A stretch of DNA of 64,000 nt from Chiloscyllium plagiosum. Its lineage: Eukaryota. The notes beneath the pieces are model-generated. The model did no database searches. It had not been told where the DNA came from and was given only the letters and a program-made list of their open reading frames with translations. Shown here piece by piece: positions 37,766 through 50,289 of the stretch; the first letter of the stretch is position 1; each line of letters begins with the position of its first letter. Both the position numbers and the translations under genes were made by a program. The DNA lies in the NCBI RefSeq assembly GCF_004010195.1, contig NW_025215346.1, forward strand, positions 18,636-82,635, written 5' to 3'.

Positions 37766-38029
37766 GCTCATGGGCTGACAAGGGACACCAGTGAGTTTCT
37801 GCACTGACTATTGAGGATGTCACCCAGTGGCCACTGGGAGTAGGTGACTGGTATGGCCATCGCACCCACTGCCTAGCCTCTCTCATCCTCAACTTCTACC
37901 TCTTCCCCAAAGGCAGGCAGCAGCCTCAATCTCAGAGACAAGTACAGGTTTTACACCGTTACTATAAACAGCTATATAAAAAAATTGGAAATCTTTATCT
38001 CAAGACTTTATAGTTGCTCGAGGCTGTTG

Positions 38030-38130
38030 CATGCACACACACACAAACATGCACATGAGCACAAGCATACCTGCACACACACACACAGACATGCAGACAG
38101 ACATGCATATACATATATGCATGCACACAC
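38030..38130 (+). repeat. (CA)-rich microsatellite
   Basis: Interrupted CA repeat. Confidence 0.85.
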
Positions 38131-38362
38131 TGACAATGCAGTTTGATCATTGACACTGTGAGAGAGAAGACCAGGATTTCCTGTTTTTGGCCATGTGCTG
38201 AAATGGCCTGTCTGATTACTAACTGCTCCCTGGGTGCTTTGTTCCGTGCCCAATTCACACAGCAGTGAAAATCATGAACCCCTGCATTTGGGAATGAGCC
38301 TTCTATGAAAATCAAACCTATGTGGTCCTCCAAGCACATGAGGAGGCCATTCAACCCATTGA

Positions 38363-38401
38363 TCCTGGATCAGTGGTGCTGGAAGAGCACAATTTTTACC
38401 T
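38363..38401. mobile_element. 39-bp PLE-derived micro-insertion inside an old CR1 3' end (~38335-38640, minus)
   Basis: 15-bp TSD cattcaacccattga at 38348-38362 and 38402-38416; insert matches the pLTR end ctggat.agtggtgctggaa.agcaca. Confidence 0.75.
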
Positions 38402-38869
38402 CATTCAACCCATTGAGTCCATGCGAGCTCACAGTCAGTCTGACTTCCTCGTTGTTTTGCCTTTGCCCTGCATGTTTGTTTCCCTGATATACCCTTCGCT
38501 TCTCTTTTAAAATCACTCATCTTCTCTACTTCTACTATCCACAAAGGCAGAGAGTTCCAGTAACACTCAGTGTATGCAAATAAAAAGTTATTCTGCAAAT
38601 CGCACCTGCATCTCTTGCCCAAGATGTCGAATCTGTGTCTCCTCGTCAGCTAATGGGCAAACATTTCCAAAGTTACATGAACCTATTGAGATCTACTTGT
38701 AACCTCCACTGGTGAATTACAGCTTGAGTTACACATGTACAACATTGCAATATGAAAGGTTATTTCACCCAAAACACTGTCATCTCTTACACAATGTGAC
38801 AAATTTGTTCTAAATAGAGGCAACTATCATCTCACCTTTTATTACCAGTTTTATTGTCAATTTTTAAAA

Positions 38870-39215
38870 ATTAGATAGAATAGAATAGAATCCCGAAAGT
38901 GTGGAAACAGGCCATTCGGCCCAACAAGTCCACACCGACCCTCTGAAGAGTAACCCACCAAGACCCATTTCCCTACCACTCTACATTTATCCAGACTAAT
39001 GCACTTAACCTACACATCCTTGAACACTACGGGCAATTTAGCATAGCCAATTCACCTAACCTGCACATCTTTGGACTGGGGGAGGATACTGGAGCACCCA
39101 GAGAAAACCCACACACACAGACACAGGGAGAATGTGCAAACTCCACACAGACAGTCGCCTGAGGCTGGAATCAAACCCGGGTCCCTGGTGATGTGAGGCA
39201 GCAGTGTGCGAACCA
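38870..39215 (-). mobile_element. HE1 SINE
   Basis: (tagaa)n tail, V-domain, head. Confidence 0.9.
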
Positions 39216-39869
39216 CACAATTTGTTCGATGGCTGTAACTTGTGGGGCAGAAATAAATTTCCACTTTGTTTCAGTGGGTCGTCATTCATAATTTGCAATT
39301 CCACGTGAACTTTGCTAAGCCAGCACAGAGGATTAAGGAATTTTCAAACGCAATTTACACTCAGCGCATATTGAGATTCCAAGCTCATTTGCACAAGCTT
39401 TAAAAGCCATTATGCTAGAAGCTGAAACCCATCCACCAAATGGCCATGCACCCAGATTGTATTAATCACCATTGTGAGTTTCCATTGCTCATAGCTACTT
39501 GTGAGCCTTCGAGAAGTCTTCAAGCATCAAGCTGTTCTGTTTTTATAGGCAGAAGGACACTAATAAGCATGTCTTAATGGCTTACAAAGGTCATTTTCTT
39601 CTCATTTTATGACAAATAGACACTGTTTATATGAAAACAATAAGTGGTTCTGCGCTGTTTTGAAGAGTTAATTTCAGTTAAGATCGGGTTTGTCGCGGGT
39701 GGTTTTGCATCTGTTTTGGTGACCGTCATGTTTCGTGACTGTCTCTTCAACTTAGGATAAAATGGAGCAGCAGGTGGGGCTCATGTGACCTGCACTCAAT
39801 TCTGCCTAGCAACAAAAAGCTGGCTTTGGGGTGCTGAGACTCAAGTTGACGACTTGGGGAGAAAGGTGC

Positions 39870-40590
39870 AAGGATTTGGAATAGTGCGTGCAATTCTGGT
39901 CTCCCTGCCACATGAAGGATGTTGTTAAATCTGAAAGGGTTCAGAAAAGATTTACAAGGATGTTGCTGGGCTTGGAGGGTTTGAGCTACAGGGAGGGGCG
40001 AATAGGCGGGGGCTGTTTTTCCCAGGCACCACGGAGGCTGAGGGGTGACCTTATAGAGTATAAAATCATGAGGGGCATGGTTAGGGTGAATAGACAAAGT
40101 CTTTTTCTGAAGGTCGGAGAGTCCAAAACTAGAGGACTTGGTTTAAGGTGAGGTGGGAAGGTTTAAAAGGGACCTAAGTGGCAAGGTTTCAATTCAGAGA
40201 ATTTTTTTAGAATTAGAATTTTTGCAGTGTGGAAACAGGCCCTTTAGCCCAACAAGTCCACACCAACTGATCGCAGAGTAATCCACCCAAACCCATTCCC
40301 CTACCCTATATTTACTCCTGACTAATGCACCCAACCTACACATCCCTGAACACTATGGGCAATTTAGCATGGCCAATTCACCTAAACTGCACATCTTTGG
40401 ATTGTGGGAGGAAACAGACACGGGGAAAATGTACAAACTCTACACAGTCACCTGAGACTGGAATTGAACCCAGGCCCCCTGGTGCTGTGAGGTAGCAGTG
40501 CTAACCACTGAGCCACCATGCCACCCTAGTGTGATGTGTGCATGGAATGAGCTACTAGAGGAGGTGGTGAAGGCTGGTAAAATTGGAACC
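39870..40590 (+). mobile_element. CR1 fragment with nested minus-strand HE1 SINE (40208-40525)
   Basis: QFWSPCHMKDVVKSERVQKRFTRML; resumes gtgatgtgtgcatggaatgagct after the SINE. Confidence 0.87.
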
Positions 40591-41514
40591 TGTACGTGTG
40601 GTTAGGGCAGTTGCGCTGACTGTAGGTAGACAGTTACGTTTGAATCATATGAGTTAATGGTCATGAAGCAGTTACTTTCCATGTCACACTGGCAACACTT
40701 ACTGGACTGATGTTCACACCCAGCTGGTGGGTGGAGACAAGAAGCTTTCTTTGAGTTTTTATAAGGAACAGTTCTCTCTCTGGATAGAGGGATGGGGAAT
40801 CTAGTATGCACCCCAGATGTCTCTTCCCCACAAAGAAAGAATGTGGTGCCAGGATGCACCCAACAACAGAAGGTACCATAAGTAGGCTCCTCAGAGGCCT
40901 CCACAGACACCACCTGCATGCACATATGGAGGTTGACCACTGCACTTACCCTTCATATTTCTGGGATCAGTACTTGGACAAGGAGCAGGAAGAACCCTTG
41001 AATGTATGGATATGGGCGTGGATTGGGAAAGGAGGTTACGGATAGCTTGAGGAGGATGGAGGTTTTGAAGATGAGTATTATGTGGATTGAGTAAAGATGG
41101 AGGCTTTTAAATGAAGAGCAAAGCACTAAAGGACGTGCTGATGATCTCAGTGAAGACTGGGCAAGGAAACCTTGGGTAGCCGGCGACAAATGATGGACAT
41201 CAAAGGAGAGAGGACAGGAAGAAAACAAACTTACAGAGACCGCTGGAAAGAGGAGGAGGAGGAGGAGGAAGGTACAATTTTGGAAATAAAATATTTGCCA
41301 GATTCGCCTCTTTAGCACAGGACGGAGTGAGCAGATTGGAGGAAATGCTGGGTCGCCTTTGGGAGAGTTGTATTTTGATTGTTCCCACCCTCCAGGATAT
41401 TTCTGTGGGCATAGGATGATTTTCAAAGAGAGGGAATAGTGTTTGGGCTGGTTAGACCAGATCCTGTAATGGATGATCCAGCTTGTCTTGCACGAGATGC
41501 ACTCAAATCTACCA

Positions 41515-42406
41515 CCCTCATACTGCACTCACTGTATACCCATGACTGCGTCACCAAATGCCAGACTAATGCCGTTTATAAGTTCGCTGATGACACCATC
41601 ATAGTTGGTTGAATCTCTGATGGCAATGAAACAGACTACAGACGGAAGGTGGAAGACCTGGAAAAATGGTAGACTGAAAACAATCCAGCTCTAAATGTCA
41701 GCAAAACCAAGGAACTCATTATTGACTTTTGGCAGGATGTTACTCCTTAACAGCATAGAGGTGGAACGAGTGGAGACTGTCAAGCTCCTGGGAGTAGTCA
41801 TCCATAACAAGCTTTGTTGGACTCTTCATGTGGACACACTGGTCACAAAGGTCCAACAACATCTCTTCTTCCTCAGGCAGCTGAGGAAATTTGGCATGAC
41901 GGTGAATACTCTTGCCAACTTTTATAGGTGTGCCATCGAGAGCATTCTGTCTGGATGTATCACTACCTGGTATGGCAACTTTACCATCCAAGATCGGAGA
42001 CGGTTACAGAAAGTGCTGAACTTGGTCTGGACAATCACAAAGGCCAACCTCTCATCTACAGAATCCATCTACCAGGCCCTCTGTGAAGGAAAGGGCGCCA
42101 GCATTCTTAAAGATCCATCCCACCCTGGCAATGTTTTTCTACAACCTCTACCATTGGGGAGAAGGTACAGAAGCCTGAACACACACTCCAACCGATTTCG
42201 AAACAGTTTCAACCTACTGTTGTTAGAATATTGAATGGACTCACAAACTCTTAGCAGTCTCCTGTACCTGTATTTTTGTTTTGCTGCTGTTTACCTATTA
42301 TTTACTTATCTATGCTACTTAGTTCTGTGATCTGCCTGTATTGCTGGCAAGACAAAGATTTTCACTTTGCCTCAGTACATGTGACAATAAATTCAATTCA
42401 ATTCAA
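41515..42406 (+). mobile_element. Rex1/Babar-clade LINE 3' fragment (RT C-terminal half)
   Basis: LYTHDC...YKFADDT...ETDYR...LNVSKTKELIIDF; LFFLRQLRKFG...FYRCAIESILSGCITTWYG; (attca)n tail. Confidence 0.88.
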
Positions 42407-44567
42407 GGGAGCGGAAGGTGGGAATTGTACATCAGAGTATGGTGACCATGAGGATGAAGGTGCAAAAGTAAGTACTTGAAAGATTGAAAATGTTTGGAAT
42501 ATTATGGCTGTCCCAATGGAGGGCCACACCAGAAAGGGATTATGATGCTGGTGAGGGATTTATTTTCATTCCCTGTGGAATGATTGAGGTCCGTTTGATT
42601 GAAGACAAGTGAGGAAATGTGAAGTTTGAAGGTGATAAGGAATATCAATCAGCAGTGGCCCTATCAGCAACCAGGGAAAGGGTAAAGCCTCAAGTGTGGG
42701 TAAGCTCAGTGTGGGATGACCATATTTGTGTCACTGAGAAGTTGGATAAGAAGCAGCGAAGGAGAATTGAGACATCACACAATTTCTTCGAGGGTGGCAT
42801 ATCGCTGGTGCAAAGACTTAAGTGAGAGAAATTAAAAGGAGATGAAGCTCACTCTGCCACTGGGGGTGCTCTGTGTCAGTTTACAACAGCAGCGAATGCA
42901 GTGTGTTGAGCCATGGTAACACAAGAGCACTCGCCTGCAGACTCAACCTCCTATTATGTGCTCCTCACCATCATCATAAACATAAATTACGAGCACATTC
43001 TGGGAAGTGCCGCTTTGCTTTCAATGGGTAAGATTGAGCACACAAGCCATTGTGATGCAAACACTAAACAACACAGACACAATGCAGAAAAACTGAAAAG
43101 GCATTGAAAATAAACAGCCAGAGAGAAAACACGGGGCCTGTATGCGAACTGTTCTCAGGTCACTGTAGATAAGACAGCACCCGTGATGAGCCTGCTGTTC
43201 CTTGGTGTTCTCCTTTCTTGCCATTGTGATTTTTATAGCTTTATTGGAAATGCAGCAAAAAAAAAGCCCTGCTCATCTTCAGCCCACAGGGAATGTCAAC
43301 CTGTCTAATCTTCTGACCTCACCTGGATCGTTGCCAAAAGACAAAATTTACACGATAAGAATCTTGCTTTAATTCCACACGATGCAAAGTTTTCATGTCA
43401 ATCCATTTGGAGTGGGAACATTGGTATAAGTTATCACACAGTGTTTAGAGTTGACAGCTCTTTTAGCTGATTGGTGAGGACTTTTCTCACATCCAGCTTT
43501 ACCTTATCTCTCCCTCTCTTAACACCTCCACTACCTCTGCACTGTTAGTCTAGTTTCCACTCTTGAATGAGCTGAAGATTTGTCCATCCAAGTATCTGGA
43601 GGACCAGAGCCATGTCACAGACTCCATTCCATCTGCCTGCCTCATTAGTGTGTCTCTCTCGGGTCAGAATGGAGGGCTTGCACTGTCCTATTTGACTCTG
43701 ATCTAAACTTGCCAACAGCGCTCCATCACCAAGACTGCTTAATTCCATCCAATAATGCCCTTGCTTTAGTCTATTAGCTCTTTGAGCCCTCACCTATGCT
43801 TTTGTTCCCTCGAGACTTGCCTGCTCATCTTCCCAAATCCCATCACCTGGTAAGTTGGAGTCATCTTCTCCTAAGAAGGTCCCAATCACTCATCAACCCT
43901 TTGGTCACTGGCCGACCTTGCACCTGGATCACCAATCCCTCAAATTCAACATTGTTTTCAGATGACAGTATGGCCTCATTCAATTTTATGTCTGTAATTT
44001 CCACCAGGCTTACAACCTTCCACATAAAGGTAACATTTCCATAGCCCTAGAGCTGTAAAGAGTAACAGAGATGGAAAACTGTTGTTGGGTTAAACCTGAG
44101 GGTCAGGTGAGGTTGACAAGGTAGGATTGTCATGGTAGTCTCAGTTGCTGCAGGAATTGACCCCTCATGGTTGGTGCTGCTGTACATTTCCAACCAGCCA
44201 TCCAGCCAACCTTCCAGGTGCTTGAATTCCAAAATGGACTTTTTTTGCTTCACCAATTCTGCCAGTCAATGATTGGCGGCTGGTGCAGATCTTGAGGAGA
44301 TCCTTCCCCAGTACCTCCTGAGGATTCGGTCATTGATATACCGGAGACAGGCAGTCACATCAGGAGCAGTGCTTTGTGGTACACGCTCTGTAGAAAGCAG
44401 ACTTTGAAAGACAGGTGACCACACCTGTGGTGAGTGGGACAACAGGCAGATTTGACCAAAAACCCTTTGACAGAACCTTATGTAGAGCTGATCTTTTGAT
44501 GGAAGCCATCACATCTTGTGGTGATCTATGAGATTAAGTACTGCTTGATCATTTTTCACCCCAAGAT

Positions 44568-44753
44568 AAAGTTAGAAATCACACAATTCCAGATTATGAT
44601 CCAACAGGTTTATTTGGAAGCACTAGCTTTCGGTAATGAAGGTGCAGTGCTTTGAAAGCTAGTGCGTCCAAATAGACCTGTTGGACTACAACCTGGTGTT
44701 GTGTGATTTTTAACATTGTCCACCCCAGTCCAACACCAGCTCCTCCACATCAT
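44568..44753. mobile_element. Older fold-back PLE family C insertion
   Basis: Inverted arms meeting inside the HHR at cactagctttcgg|taatgaagg. Confidence 0.78.
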
Positions 44754-45759
44754 AGCTCCCCAAGAGAGTACATACTCTCTGCAGTACCTTTGACACCCCC
44801 CCCAGGATGGAACGATACTGACTGGAGGAATCTTGCTGCCAGAACTTACGTTTGTAGATTATGTTTGATTTCTGGAGTTCAGCTCATTTGGACCAGTCAT
44901 GTAATGAGATTCATTGAGGGAGCAGAAACCCAGCAAAGACTTGTTCCACTACAATTTCTGGGGATATCACTGTCCAGACCCAGAGTTCCACGTCACCATA
45001 CAGTAGAATACATGGCCTATTGTGTTTGAAAAAACTGCTTCTATTGGAAGGTTGCCCAGGGCATTCCTGTAAGTAAGCAGTTAAAATAATTATTGCTTAA
45101 ATGCACTCTGTTCTTTGCAACCTCGGAGGTGAAAAGCCACAGAAACAAAACCACTATTGAGTTAAGTAATCAGCAACTGTCTGTCAAAGTCGCTTTGTTT
45201 TCTGCTGTGGAGGGAAACCGATTGAAAAAGGAGGCAAATCGCCTCATTTTCCTCCCCCACCTTCCCCCGCCACCCCTTGTTATCTCCCTCCACATTGTGG
45301 AGGCAAAGAAAGCGGTAACATTGACTTGTACACCCTTTTTTACTACTGCCTTTTGTTTACTTTGTCCACAGACCACCATCTGAGTCATTAAACCGCACAT
45401 ACAGATTCCTGGCTGTTGGCAGGGCCTGGCTTTCAGAGAGGATAATCACATGAAAGGATTGTGTGTGATATGTACATACTGGGTTCAGAGTGGTTCATTG
45501 CTCAATGTTCCTGCTCAGTGCTAGGCTATAGCTAAACAATGGGAAATGCTTAAACCCAATTCCTCCCGAGCAAAATTGTTTCAATTCATTCGTTTGTCCT
45601 ATGCATCTAATTTTTTTTTTATATATTAGTACCAAAATTGCCAGAAAATAAGACCCACACTTTAATGGTCAAAATACCAAAAGCCAAACAATTGAGTTTT
45701 TCATAGGTTTTCCATGACTGGTGGGAGGTGGTATTATCGTTAGATTATTAATCCAGAAG

Positions 45760-45890
45760 GGTAAAAACAAAGACTGCAGACACTGCAAACCAGAGTCTAG
45801 ATTAGAGTGGTGCTGGAAAAGCACAGCAGGTCAGGCAGCATCCGACGAGCAGGAAAATCAACATTTCAGGCAAAAGCCCTTCAACAGAAA
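45760..45890 (-). mobile_element. PLE family A-like terminal repeat with decayed HHR
   Basis: gactgcaga...tctagattagagtggtgctggaaaagcacagcaggtcaggcagcatcc...gcccttcaacag. Confidence 0.75.
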
Positions 45891-45905
45891 CTTAATTGAT
45901 CGGAG

Positions 45906-46212
45906 GTGGCACAGTGGCTCAGTGGTTAGCACTACTGACTCACAGCGCCAGGGACCTGGGTTTGATTCCAGCCTCGGGTGATTGTCTGCGTGGTGTTTGC
46001 ACATTCTCCCCGTATCTGTGTGGCTTACTTCCTACAGTCCAAAGATGTGCAGGTTAGGGTGGATTGACGATGCCCTGCAGTGTTCAGGGATGTGCAAGCC
46101 AGGTGGACTAGCCATGGGAAATGCAGGAATACAGGGAGAGAGTGGGTGGGATGCTCTTTGGAAGTTCGGTGTGAACTCGATGGGCTGAATGGCCTGCTTT
46201 CACACTCATGCA
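45906..46212 (+). mobile_element. HE1 SINE
   Basis: Head gtggcacagtggctcagtggttagcac, V-domain, tail. Confidence 0.88.
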
Positions 46213-46529
46213 GTGTCCCATTGTCCAATTTCTGATTCTCCTTGTGGTCCCCTAGCCAATATGTGCAAACTATTTACCCATGAGAAGTGTCACAGATAGG
46301 CATGACCAGTCTTCACTTGGTATCCAACTAGACTAAAGGGAGCATTCAGGAATGGGATCCTGCCCCATGCTTCCTCTCACCCCTTCAAGGGTATTACACA
46401 CAGTTAATATCATGCAATCAATTGCAAGTCCTTCTGGTCTGTATGCAACACCAGACAGCTTCCCTAAAAGCAGCATGAAACGGGCAGACAGTACATGATG
46501 AAGCATTGTTCAGACCAGACGGCTGTCAC

Positions 46530-48830
46530 ATACTATGAAGTACATATAGACAGTACAAGTGTCAAGGACAGGCGGTTAGATTCTCTCAAGTTGGAGATGG
46601 TCAGTGCATCACACACTTATAGTACAACTGTTCCTTGCAATTTATCAGTCCAAGCTCCCCTTGATGTTGTCCAGTTGATGCTGAAATGGACATGGATTGC
46701 TTCAGTATCTGAGGTATTGTCAATGGCCCTGAACATGCTTCAATCATCAGCGAACATCCCCTCCCCTTTCTAACCTTATGGTGGGGGAAGATCATGGATG
46801 AAAATGGTTGGGCCAAAGGCATTCCCCCGAGGACCTCCTGTAGAGATGTTCTCAGAAGAAAGAGGTGTCAATTTAAGACTAAGATGAAGAAGAATGTCTT
46901 CCCTCAGAGGGTTGTGAGTCTTTGGACCCTTTACCACACACAGCTGTGGGGGCAGCACCCTAGTGTATATTTAAGGCTGAGATACATTGATTCTTGATCA
47001 GTCAGGGAATCAGGGGTTATGGGGAAAGGCAGAAGAGTGAGGAATGTCTGATCAGTCACAATCCTATTGAATGATGGAGCGGCTTTGAGAGGCCAAATGG
47101 CCTACTTTCGTTCCTATTTCTTAAGGTGTAACAGTCTCATGGTCTTCTGGCCTACACCTTGGAGCTGAGATAACTGATCTCCAACAACTACAACCACCTT
47201 CCTTGTGCTAAATATGACTCCAACCAGCGGAGAGTTTTCCCCCAATTTCCACTGATTTCCAGTTTCACCAGGACTCCTTGGTGCCACACTCGGTTAAATA
47301 TTGCCTTGCTGTCGAGAGCAGTCACTTTTACCTCACTTCTGGAATTCAGCTCTTTTGCCTGCATTTGGACCAAGGCTGTAATGAGGTCCAGAGGTGAGTG
47401 GCCTTGGCAGAACCCAAACTGGGCATCACTGAGCAGGTTATTGCTGAGTATATGCCACTTTGCTGATGATCAAGAACAGACCGATGGAGTGGCGGTTGGA
47501 TGCAGTTTTCTGTGCACAAAACACACCTGAACAATTTCCTATATTGTCAGGTAGATGTCAGCTTTGTAGCTGCACTGGAACAGCTGGGCAAGGTTTATTC
47601 AGGAGCACAAGCCTTCAGCACTATTGCCACGGCCTTTAGACTTTGCAGTATCCAGTGTCTCCAACCATTTCTTGAGATTTCATGGATTGAATCGAATTGG
47701 CATCTGTGATGTTGGGCACCACTGGAAGAAGCTGAGATGGATCCTCCACTCTAGCCCTTACCCTAACCCTATCATACTTCAGGAAGATTCTTGCAAATGC
47801 TTCAGATTTGCTGTTTACACTGATGGCTGGGATGCCCCATTATTGAGGAAGAGAATATTTGTGAAGCCTCCTCCTCCAGTGAATTGTTTAATTGTCCACC
47901 ACCATTCCTGACTGGATGTGGCAGGGGTGCAGAGCTTAGATCTGATCTATTGGCTGTGGAATCACTTGCTTCTTATGTGCTTGGTATACACATAGTTCTA
48001 AGTTGTAGCTCTATCAGGTTGGTACGCAATTTTTAGGTATGCCCAATGCTGCTCCTGGCATGCCGTCCTGCACCCTGCATTGAACCAGGGTTGATGGTCA
48101 TGACTGAATGGGGATATGCCAGGCCATGAGTTACAGATTGTGCTGGAGTGCAGCTCTGCTGCTGTTGATGGCCCACAGCACTTCCTAGATGCCCAGACTT
48201 GACCCTTTCAAAATCTGTTCACATTTAGTATGGTGATCGTGCCACACAACATAACATTAAGGTATTCTCAGTGTGAAACTGGGACCTCAGCTTCACAAGA
48301 ACCGGGTGTGGTAGTCACTCTTACCAATATGACCAATGACAGACGCATCTGCTGCAGGCAGTTAGGTGAGGAGAGGTCAAGTATGTTTTGCCCTCTGTTG
48401 GTTCCTTCACCTTGTTGCAGTGCCAGGCTCACAATTGCATCTTTTCAGATTCAGCTGGCTCTGTTGGTAATGGCGCAGCTGAGCTATTGTTGATGATGGA
48501 GTCTCCCACATGGAATAGATTTTGTACCCTTACCACTCCAAGTGGTGCTTAATCTGGGTATTCTTCACCTGGGGAAGGGTGTAGTAGATAGCAATCTATG
48601 GCAGTAGGTTTCTTTGTCGATACTTGACCTGATGCCGAGAGACCTGGGATTCCAGAGTCAGTGTTGAGGACTCCCAGGGTAATACCATTCCACACTATCA
48701 CACTCACTAATGGTTCTGTCCTGCCAATGGGACAGTATATACCTAGACATAGTGATCAATGAGTTTGGAAATGTTCGGTGAAGTATGATTCCATGGGTGT
48801 GACTACCAGGCTATTGGTTTACTAATCTGT
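46530..48830 (-). mobile_element. Decayed CR1-clade LINE ORF2 (probably same type as 15125-15696) with nested plus-strand CR1 3' piece (~46855-47130)
   Basis: Minus-strand MFADD at ~46744-46758; VTALDSKAIFNRVWHQG-L-KL-G-TLRWLESYL. Confidence 0.72.
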
Positions 48831-49058
48831 GACACATTCCAGAGAGCAGTTGAGAGTCAACCATGTTGCTGTGGGTCTGGAGTCACATATAGGCCAGTAT
48901 GGGTAAGGATGACATTCATGAACTAGATTCATTTTTTACAAAGGATAATGGCTTCCTTGAACTTAGAGGCTGAGGGAAAAAAATGCAATGAGGAAATCCT
49001 GAACCAGTCACTCATCCAAAACTCAATTGCCTGCAGAACTGGGCCTTATTTACAAATG

Positions 49059-49859
49059 CTGAAAATGTGTTGCTGGAAAAGCGCAGCAGGTCAGGCAGCA
49101 TCCAAGGAACAGGAGAATCGACGTTTCGGGCATAAGCCCTTCTTCAGGAATGAGGAAAGGGTGTCCAGCAGGCTAAGATAAAAGGTAGGGAGGAGGGACT
49201 CGGATGCTGCCTGACCTGCTTGCGATAGGTGGAAAGAGGTCAAGGTGAGGGTGATAGGTCAGACTGGGGTGGGGGCGGAGAGGTCGGGAAGAAGATTGCA
49301 GGTTAGGAAGGCGGTGCTGAATTTGATGGATTTGACTGAGACAGGCTGGGGAGAGGGGAAATGAGGAAACTGGTGAAACCCGAGTTCATCCCTTGTGGTT
49401 GGAGGATTCCTAGCCGGAAGATGAGGCGTTCTTCCTCCAACCATCGTTTCGCTGTGGTCTGACGATGGAAGAGTCCAAAGACCTNNNNNNNNNNNNNNNN
49501 NNNNNNNNNNNNNNNNNNNNNNNNNNNNNNNNNNNNNNNNNNNNNNNNNNNNNNNNNNNNNNNNNNNNNNNNNTTCCTAACCTGCAATCTTCTTCCTGAC
49601 CTCTCCGCCCCCACCCCACTCTGGCCGATCACCCTCACCTTGACCTCCTTCCACCTATCGCATTTCCAACACCCCTCCCCCAAGACCCTCCTCCTTACCT
49701 TTTAACTTAGCCTGCTGGACACTTTCCTCATTCCTGAAGAAGGGCTTATGCCCAAAACATCGATTCTCCTGTTCCTTGGATGCTGCCTGACCTGCTGCGC
49801 TTTTCCAGCAACACATTTTCAGCTCTGATCTCCAGCATCTGCAGTCCTCACTTTCTCCT
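49059..49859. mobile_element. Fold-back PLE family A insertion spanning a gap; GIY-YIG C-terminus
   Basis: 15-bp TSD ccttatttacaaatg at 49044-49058 and 49860-49874; RWLEEERLIFRLGILQPQGMN; HHR intact at 49118-49150(-) and decayed at 49731-49763(+). Confidence 0.9.
49485..49573. other. Assembly gap (89 N)
   Basis: Run of N at the centre of an inverted repeat. Confidence 1.
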
Positions 49860-49909
49860 CCTTATTTACAAATGAACCATCTGAGCACCTACTATCACCT
49901 ACTAATGTT

Positions 49910-50260
49910 ACCTTGTGGTATTACCACTGGGCTGTTAACCCCGAGACCCATATAATGTTCGAGAGACTCAGGTTCGAATCCCACCATACCAAATGGTGGA
50001 AGTTGAATTCAATAAAACAAGATCTGGAATTAACATTCTTATAATGACCATGAATTCAATTCGTGGAAAAACCCATCTGGTTCATTAATGTTCTTTAGGG
50101 AAGAAAGCTGCCATCCTTACCTGATCTGGCCCACATGTGACTCCAGACACATAACAAAGTGATTGACTCTTAACTGCCTTCTGGGCCATTAGGGATGGGC
50201 AATAAATGCTGACCTAGCCAGTGATGCCCTCATCCCATCCCATGAAGGAATGGAAAAAAA
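49910..50260 (+). mobile_element. Second-family tRNA SINE
   Basis: B box ggttcgaatccc, core, tail gggatgggcaataaatgctg, A-run. Confidence 0.85.
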
Positions 50261-50289
50261 TTCAACATAGTTCACGTTACAGAAGAGAA

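Noticed and set aside
6141..38416. Targeting of PLE inserts to CR1 3' regions (6141, 11706, 22093, 38348)
   Set aside because: CR1 covers a large share of the window and the other TSD-flanked inserts lie outside CR1; the sample is too small
40600..41450. Possible decayed PIF/Harbinger transposase (RLTTALTLHISG-like), also ~53950-54240
   Set aside because: Similarity too faint to support by eye; needs TBLASTN or an HMM search
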